DNA of 64,000 bases from the IMG/VR virus record IMGVR_UViG_3300030389_004188; one strand, written 5' to 3'. Source of the DNA: an uncultured virus (IMG/VR IMGVR_UViG_3300030389_004188) (taxonomy: Duplodnaviria; Heunggongvirae; Uroviricota; Caudoviricetes). Of this stretch, positions 58,302-64,000 are shown one piece after another; positions within the stretch are counted from its first letter, which is position 1, and every line of letters begins with the position of its first letter. The position numbers and the translations under genes are program-made. The notes under the pieces were generated by a model. The model was not told the origin of the DNA, did not search any database, and saw nothing but the letters and a program-made list of their open reading frames with translations.

Positions 58302-59596
58302 GTGTAGTAGACAAAATAAAGAATCTCATTGACGAGATTGAATCAGATAAGAGTGTATTGAGGTACTCGTACAATACCTCAGATATAGTTCCTGGTAAGA
58401 CTCCAATATACTATTCAGGTCCTTATTGGGATTCTGATGAGTTGAAGGCTGGTGTTGTTTCATTTTTGACTGGTAAGTGGTTGAGTTCAGGTGAAAATGT
58501 ATATAAATTTGAAAAGAAATTCTCAAAAAGATTCAAGTGTGGAAACTCAGTTATGGTCAATAGTGGTAGTTCTGCAAATCTTGTTATGATTGCAGGAATA
58601 AAGAAACATTTGAAATGGAATGATGGTGATGAGATAATTGTATCACCAGTTGGATTTCCAACTACCATTGCACCTATTGTTCAGAATAATATGACTCCAA
58701 TATTTGTGGACATCGAATTCGACACATTGAACTTTGATGTAAAACTAATAGAGAAAAAGATAACAAGTAAAACACGAGGTATATTTTTATCACCAGTATT
58801 AGGTAATCCTTGTAATATGGATTTCTTGGATTACTTATGTAAGAAATATAACTTGGAATTAATTTTAGATGGGTGTGATTCACTTGGTACATTATGGAAT
58901 GGTAAATATCTAACAGAAATGGCAAAAGTATCTTCTTGTTCTTTTTATCCAGCACATCACATTACTTGTGGTGAGGGTGGTATGATTTCATCAACAGATG
59001 AGGATTTGATTTCTATGGTGAGAAGTTTTTCTTGGTGGGGAAGAGATTGTTATTGTGTCGGTAGTGCTAATTTACTTGCTTGTGGAACTTGTGGTAATAG
59101 ATTTGATAAATGGTTAGAACCAATGTATGATGGTATAGTAGACCACAAATATATTTTTACCAATATGGGATACAATCTAAAACCATTAGACTTACAAGGT
59201 GCACTTGGACTCGAACAATTGAAGAAGTTTGATTTCATTGAAGAGAAAAGAAGAGAGTCAAGAGAAAGAGTTTCTAAAATATTTGAAGATAATCTTGATA
59301 TAAAAGTACCAATTCAGTTAGACCAAGCCGATACCTCGTGGTTTGGTACACCAATAATCTGTAAGGACAAGGAACAAAAAGATAAGATTGTTAGTCACCT
59401 TGAAGAAAATAAAATACAGACTCGTAACTATTTTGCGGGTAATATTTTGATACATTCTGGTTACTCACATTTGGATGATTACAAATTATATCCAAATTCA
59501 AATGAAGTCTTGGATAGAATATTTTTTGTAGGGGCTGCACCACATTACAACGATGATGTGTTTCAGTACATAGAAGATGTAGTGAGAAAAATATGA
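58298..59596 (+). CDS. rfbH: RfbH/DdhC-like CDP-4-keto-6-deoxyglucose 3-dehydratase (PMP, Fe-S)
   Basis: NSGSSANL, SFYPAHHIT.GEGG (His in place of Lys), WGRDCYC..CGTC..RF, DHKY, GYNLKP. Confidence 0.85.
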   Translation: MSVVDKIKNLIDEIESDKSVLRYSYNTSDIVPGKTPIYYSGPYWDSDELKAGVVSFLTGKWLSSGENVYKFEKKFSKRFKCGNSVMVNSGSSANLVMIAGIKKHLKWNDGDEIIVSPVGFPTTIAPIVQNNMTPIFVDIEFDTLNFDVKLIEKKITSKTRGIFLSPVLGNPCNMDFLDYLCKKYNLELILDGCDSLGTLWNGKYLTEMAKVSSCSFYPAHHITCGEGGMISSTDEDLISMVRSFSWWGRDCYCVGSANLLACGTCGNRFDKWLEPMYDGIVDHKYIFTNMGYNLKPLDLQGALGLEQLKKFDFIEEKRRESRERVSKIFEDNLDIKVPIQLDQADTSWFGTPIICKDKEQKDKIVSHLEENKIQTRNYFAGNILIHSGYSHLDDYKLYPNSNEVLDRIFFVGAAPHYNDDVFQYIEDVVRKI

Positions 59597-60441
59597 GTCA
59601 GTTAGGAGATAGGAAAGTATCAATTGTTATTTCACTTTTCTTGAAAACAAGAGCAGTTGTAGGTGGTTCACGAGACAATCCAAATAATAATACTAAATTA
59701 TTTGATATGTGTCAAAATGTTATGAAGTATGCCAATTCGATATCAAATAAAAACATACAAGTGTTCTTGGGAGTAAACTATACAGAGGATTCTGATAAGA
59801 AATGTTTAGATTATTTGGAAAAAGAATCTGATAGAAATCAATTTATCACCTTTGTACGAAGAAATAATAATTTAGGTGGTTGGTCGTATGGATTGTTTGA
59901 TTATGTATTTAGACAAGAAAGAGATAATGGATATGATTATTTTATATTCTACGAAGATGACCAGGTTTCAAAGTATGGGTGGGATGAAAATGTAATATCA
60001 AATTCGATTATGACAATGGAAAAGAATAATGAAATAGGATTTTTTGCATCAATTGGAGTGAATAAAAGAGACCCATTCAAAAGAATAGGTACTTGTTCTG
60101 CACATAATGGTACAGGAATGTCTTCAACTAAAATCTTGGGTGAGGTTTGTGATAAGTGGGGACAATTGAATTGGTCAAAAGTTGAGGGTGGATTTATTCA
60201 CAATGGATATGGTGATAAAATTCAAGTAACAGGATTGACCAGACCACAAATGGTAGAAAGAGCCCTTGAGTTTTTACCACAATATACTGAGGATGTAACT
60301 TCATCATACAATAGAAAAGTTCAAGCCGCATTTAGTGAGGTGGATTTTACTGATAGTATTTGTAAGTTGGGTTATGGAATCTATGAAGAAAAAGGTGGAC
60401 CAGGTGGTAAGGGAGTTTTACATTGGAGGACAGCAAAATGA
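59593..60441 (+). CDS. GT-A-like glycosyltransferase
   Basis: NLGGWSYG, YDYFIFYEDD. Confidence 0.55.
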   Translation: MSQLGDRKVSIVISLFLKTRAVVGGSRDNPNNNTKLFDMCQNVMKYANSISNKNIQVFLGVNYTEDSDKKCLDYLEKESDRNQFITFVRRNNNLGGWSYGLFDYVFRQERDNGYDYFIFYEDDQVSKYGWDENVISNSIMTMEKNNEIGFFASIGVNKRDPFKRIGTCSAHNGTGMSSTKILGEVCDKWGQLNWSKVEGGFIHNGYGDKIQVTGLTRPQMVERALEFLPQYTEDVTSSYNRKVQAAFSEVDFTDSICKLGYGIYEEKGGPGGKGVLHWRTAK

Positions 60442-61178
60442 AAAAAACTATAGTAGTTGGAACAGGAAGATGTGGTACACGAGGGTTTGCAAAAGCCTTT
60501 GGTGGAGTTCACGAGTATAAAACATTCGAGAGATTTCATCCATTATATGTTAGGATGAACACTGCAGTTCGTAATCCATTTCCAAGATTTGAAGACAGAC
60601 TTTATAGTTCAAAGTTGATGTATCACGACTTAGAACAATTACATCCACATAAAGAATCATTTATGAATGTAGATAATTCTATGACTTGGTTGGTAGATGG
60701 AATCTATAAATTCTTTGAGGGTGATGTGAAGTTTATTTTATTAGTAAGAGATGGTAGAGATTTTGTTACATCAGCCGTAAATAGAGGATGGGCAGAGAGA
60801 GTAGAGTTAGACCATTATCCATTAGAGGGTGATTTGGTTAGAGACAGATGGGACAATATGTCTTTGATTGGAAAGGCATCTTGGATGTGGAATGAAAGAA
60901 ATAGAAGGGCACTAAATTATTTGGCAGAGATACCAGAAGATAGTTGGAAAGTACACAGAATCGAGGATTCAACAGAAGAGAGTTTGAAAGAGTTATCAGT
61001 ATGGTGTGAACAACCATTAGTTGATTCCAATCAGATTTTGAAAGGTAATGAGAATACAAACATTGGAAGTGGAAGGTATAATAAGAAAATAGAAAACCAC
61101 CAAAGATGGAATGAAAAAGAAAAATTAGACTTTTGGGAATACTCTCAAGAGTTACAGGAGTATTTTGGATATGAGTAA
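60438..61178 (+). CDS. Sulfotransferase-like protein
   Basis: 5'-PSB-like VGTGRCGT, HE, 3'-PB-like LLVRDGRDFVTS, YFGYE terminus; ATG 60438 after GGAGG. Confidence 0.7.
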   Translation: MKKTIVVGTGRCGTRGFAKAFGGVHEYKTFERFHPLYVRMNTAVRNPFPRFEDRLYSSKLMYHDLEQLHPHKESFMNVDNSMTWLVDGIYKFFEGDVKFILLVRDGRDFVTSAVNRGWAERVELDHYPLEGDLVRDRWDNMSLIGKASWMWNERNRRALNYLAEIPEDSWKVHRIEDSTEESLKELSVWCEQPLVDSNQILKGNENTNIGSGRYNKKIENHQRWNEKEKLDFWEYSQELQEYFGYE

Positions 61179-61920
61179 AGTATTATTTGTAATACCCACA
61201 ACTGCAAGAAGATTGAAGTTGTTATCTAATGTAGTACAAGAGGTATTGGATAAAAATAAAAACCACGAGTGTGAATTTATTGTGGTAAAAAATGGTAATT
61301 TTCCTGAAGATGTATATGATGAGTTTGAATTACAACCAGAAGTAATCAAAGAAAGGTCAGAACCTGCAGCAAATATTGCAGTGGCAATAAACAAAGGACT
61401 TTCATATCAAAGAGATGACCACGATTGGGTAGTTATACTTGAGGACGATTTTTTAATACATAAGGAGAATTGGATTGATACTTATATAAAAGTTATGGAG
61501 TCAAAAGATAAATGTGGTTGTATTGGTTCACGAGTTCACGGAAAACAAAGTAAGATGAGAGTACCAAGTTTACAATTTGAGTCACCTCAATCGTTTGAAG
61601 TTTTTTGGACAGATGGGGTAAACTTTCTAAGGCCAGAAATTACTTGGGACCATAAATTAGATGAACAATTTTGGGGAAACTCAGAAGTACCAGATTATTG
61701 TGTAACACTTATAGACCACGGTTGGGAAAATTGGTATGTTTATGTTGAACACACTCACGACACAATATCAGAAGAAAAGAAATATGAATATTCAGAAACA
61801 CATATCAATCAGTTTGCAAACAGAGGTAAGTTGTGGACTAAATGGTGTGAGACAGATAATGATAAAATTTTTACTTATGTGATGATGGATTTAGTAGAGG
61901 ACAGACAATATGCAGAATAA
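61171..61920 (+). CDS. Glycosyltransferase, GT2-like
   Basis: FVIPT..R, AINKGL, VVILEDD. Confidence 0.7.
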   Translation: MSKVLFVIPTTARRLKLLSNVVQEVLDKNKNHECEFIVVKNGNFPEDVYDEFELQPEVIKERSEPAANIAVAINKGLSYQRDDHDWVVILEDDFLIHKENWIDTYIKVMESKDKCGCIGSRVHGKQSKMRVPSLQFESPQSFEVFWTDGVNFLRPEITWDHKLDEQFWGNSEVPDYCVTLIDHGWENWYVYVEHTHDTISEEKKYEYSETHINQFANRGKLWTKWCETDNDKIFTYVMMDLVEDRQYAE

Positions 61921-62755
61921 AAATCTTGTATGGTTGAATGGTATAGTACCAACAGACCCTATGATTAGAAGAAAATACGGGTTTGATAACATAGATTGGA
62001 TTGAGTTATCAAAGTATTATTGGAGTAAGTATTGTGAGATACACGATGGTATAGATTTATATCATTATGAAAAAGTTAGTCCACCATATACAAATACAAA
62101 TAAACATAGAGTACCTTGGACACGATGGTTTGACCAAATAAAATTTCTTGAAAGACCAGAGAACTCTCATTACGAAAAAGTGTACTCAGTTGATGCAAGT
62201 ACATTGATAAATTTGAAAGAATGTCCTAATATATTTACACGAACCGAAAGAGAACCCGACAATGACTTTTGGGGTACTCGTGACTTTGCAAATCTTGGGT
62301 GGACATATGATGGTATTGTTGGTTATGAAGACATATGTAATTACAATAATATAAAATATGACCACACGAGATACTTTGCTGCTGGGCATGTCTTGTATGA
62401 TGTGAAGAAAATGTTACCTATGTTGAAAAAATTAGAGAAGTTTTACAACGATAATATGGAAGTAATACTTGAGAAACAAAATCACTCTGTTAGAAAAGGT
62501 ACAGACCAAGTAGTATTCAATTGGTTAGTTCAATCAGAGGGAATCAAATATGACTTATCTTTATTGGATGTTAGGTATCAGGCAACACATTTCAAACGAT
62601 ATGAATGGGATAAGGCAGCAGATGGATACTTGAGACAAAATTATATATTATCTATTTCAGGTATGTCAAAGAAAGACGAAAGAGGTATTTTGATGAAAGA
62701 GTTACACGAGTTACTACTAAATCTTTATCCAGACTATATAGGAGCTGTAAAATGA
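61910..62755 (+). CDS. GT-A glycosyltransferase-like protein
   Basis: YCEIHD, SVDAS, YFAAG, TDQVVFN. Confidence 0.6.
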   Translation: MQNKNLVWLNGIVPTDPMIRRKYGFDNIDWIELSKYYWSKYCEIHDGIDLYHYEKVSPPYTNTNKHRVPWTRWFDQIKFLERPENSHYEKVYSVDASTLINLKECPNIFTRTEREPDNDFWGTRDFANLGWTYDGIVGYEDICNYNNIKYDHTRYFAAGHVLYDVKKMLPMLKKLEKFYNDNMEVILEKQNHSVRKGTDQVVFNWLVQSEGIKYDLSLLDVRYQATHFKRYEWDKAADGYLRQNYILSISGMSKKDERGILMKELHELLLNLYPDYIGAVK

Positions 62756-63483
62756 ATGTAGTTTTTATGATTGATATACAAAATGACGATAGGTCAAAAA
62801 ACACACCTTACAAATTGAGTCAAGAAGTGTGGAAGGCTTGGATAGAAGATAAACCTGATACAGAATTATTTGTATTGAATGAACCACTATTTGATGACCC
62901 AAACATAAGACCTAATTTTTACAAAATGTATTTTCCTCAGTTGATGGAGGCTACAGGACAAGAATGGGACAAATGTTTGTATGTAGATTCAGATACAATT
63001 CCCTCACCAGACTTACCAAATATATTTGATGTGGTTGGTGATAAATTTGGTGTGGTTAGAAACTTTGGTTCGTGTGAATGGGTAGTGAGGTCAATATTGA
63101 ATTGGAGAAACAATTTATTTCCTGAAGAACCAATACTAAATTACTCAAGGTATTTCAATTCTGGTATGATGGTATTTTCAAAACACCATACTGAATTTTT
63201 TGAAAAGGCACAAGAATGTTTTACAGAAAACTTTGCAAAAATTATGGGGTTGGTAAGACTTGGGTGTGGTATAGACCAAACTATGTTGAACTTTTTGACA
63301 AGAAAACACAATGTAGATATGATGTGGTTACCATATGAATATAATATGCAAGACCTAATAAGATTTGAAGTACCAGAAGATTGGCCAGGATACATATGGC
63401 ATTTCAATGCCATACCCAATGACCCACAAAAACATCATACTAATATATTGATGCAAACAAAGGCAAATTACTTATGGAGATAA
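62752..63483 (+). CDS. Glycosyltransferase, GT8-like
   Basis: LYVDSD, YFNSG, DQTMLN, LPYEYN, IWHF. Confidence 0.8.
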   Translation: MNVVFMIDIQNDDRSKNTPYKLSQEVWKAWIEDKPDTELFVLNEPLFDDPNIRPNFYKMYFPQLMEATGQEWDKCLYVDSDTIPSPDLPNIFDVVGDKFGVVRNFGSCEWVVRSILNWRNNLFPEEPILNYSRYFNSGMMVFSKHHTEFFEKAQECFTENFAKIMGLVRLGCGIDQTMLNFLTRKHNVDMMWLPYEYNMQDLIRFEVPEDWPGYIWHFNAIPNDPQKHHTNILMQTKANYLWR

Positions 63484-64000
63484 AATATAGATACATTGTA
63501 GGTTGTCACATAATGTTTTATGAAATTGATATGATAACCGAGTATATAGATTCTCTTGTACAATGGGACTATATAACTAATAAAGAAAATATAACTATAG
63601 ATTTATTTTATAATATGAGTCAGTATTTTGAAAAGATGGATACTGATAAAGTAAAGAAACACGAATTTTTAATTAGGTTCAAACGACAAGTTGCGAGACT
63701 TGAATCATTAGGATTTCTTGTTGAGTATGAGGTTTATGATGATGATGAAACACCATACACAATGTCAGACTATCGTAGAGACCTAAATTATAAATCTGTA
63801 AACTCACTCAAATATGATTATACGATATGGGGTGAAAGTGATTGTTTACTACCAAAAGAAATGTTACCAACACTTGACCACATAATGGATAACTCACCAG
63901 TACCAAGATACATTGTGACATTTGCCATAAGAAAGATGTGGGATGATAGTTGGAGAGTATTAGAACATCCAAAGTTTACTGATAGTCCATTTTATGAAAT
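63474..64000 (+). CDS. Probable GT-A glycosyltransferase (runs off the window end; not in the ORF track)
   Basis: MEIKYRYIVGCHIMFYE...YDYTIWGESDCL...RKMWDDSW, open to 64000. Confidence 0.6.
   Translation, partial: MEIKYRYIVGCHIMFYEIDMITEYIDSLVQWDYITNKENITIDLFYNMSQYFEKMDTDKVKKHEFLIRFKRQVARLESLGFLVEYEVYDDDETPYTMSDYRRDLNYKSVNSLKYDYTIWGESDCLLPKEMLPTLDHIMDNSPVPRYIVTFAIRKMWDDSWRVLEHPKFTDSPFYE

Noticed and set aside
577..63419. All minus-strand ORFs in the track, and short + strand ORFs nested in other frames (15707, 27022, 39257, 46988, 60335)
   Set aside because: They lie inside well-supported + strand genes, lack RBSs and recognisable motifs, and read as antisense or off-frame shadows.
1..64000. 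Stop-codon reassignment, tRNAs, introns or inteins
   Set aside because: Genes tile densely under the standard code using all three stops. I saw no tRNA cloverleaf, and PolB, helicase, UvsX and NrdJ have ordinary lengths with no evident insertions.

Overview
The window is a 64 kb, AT-rich (roughly 32% GC by eye) segment of a large T4-like contractile-tailed phage, and every credible gene lies on the + strand. Gene order: (1) tail/baseplate module (1-14.2 kb); (2) ThyX, two 2OG-Fe(II) oxygenases, a compact family-A polymerase-like gene and a cluster of probable head-packaged proteins (14-22 kb); (3) SSB, UvsX/RecA, 5'-3' exonuclease, helicase, B12-dependent NrdJ, then a complete TonB-dependent receptor and a lipoprotein (22-32 kb); (4) a sigma70-promoter island with a probable endonuclease plus methyltransferase pair; (5) PolB, clamp and clamp loader, interleaved with three SPPY-type DNA methyltransferases, ClpP, DUF1599 and a Cas4/RecB-like nuclease (34-46 kb); (6) a >18 kb glycosyltransferase/NDP-sugar cluster containing an MBD4-like glycosylase. 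Most striking observations: (a) window-wide palindrome avoidance with a context rule (CATG and CTAG survive only next to G/C as GCATG/GCTAG, GATC mostly as GATCC, no ACGT seen), which may be the footprint of the phage's own cytosine methyltransferases; (b) NrdJ followed by an H-type pseudoknot, a TonB receptor and a lipoprotein; (c) a +1/-2 frameshift signal in the tail-chaperone gene; (d) a phage-borne R-M-like pair. All calls come from motif recognition by eye; no searches or counts were run computationally.
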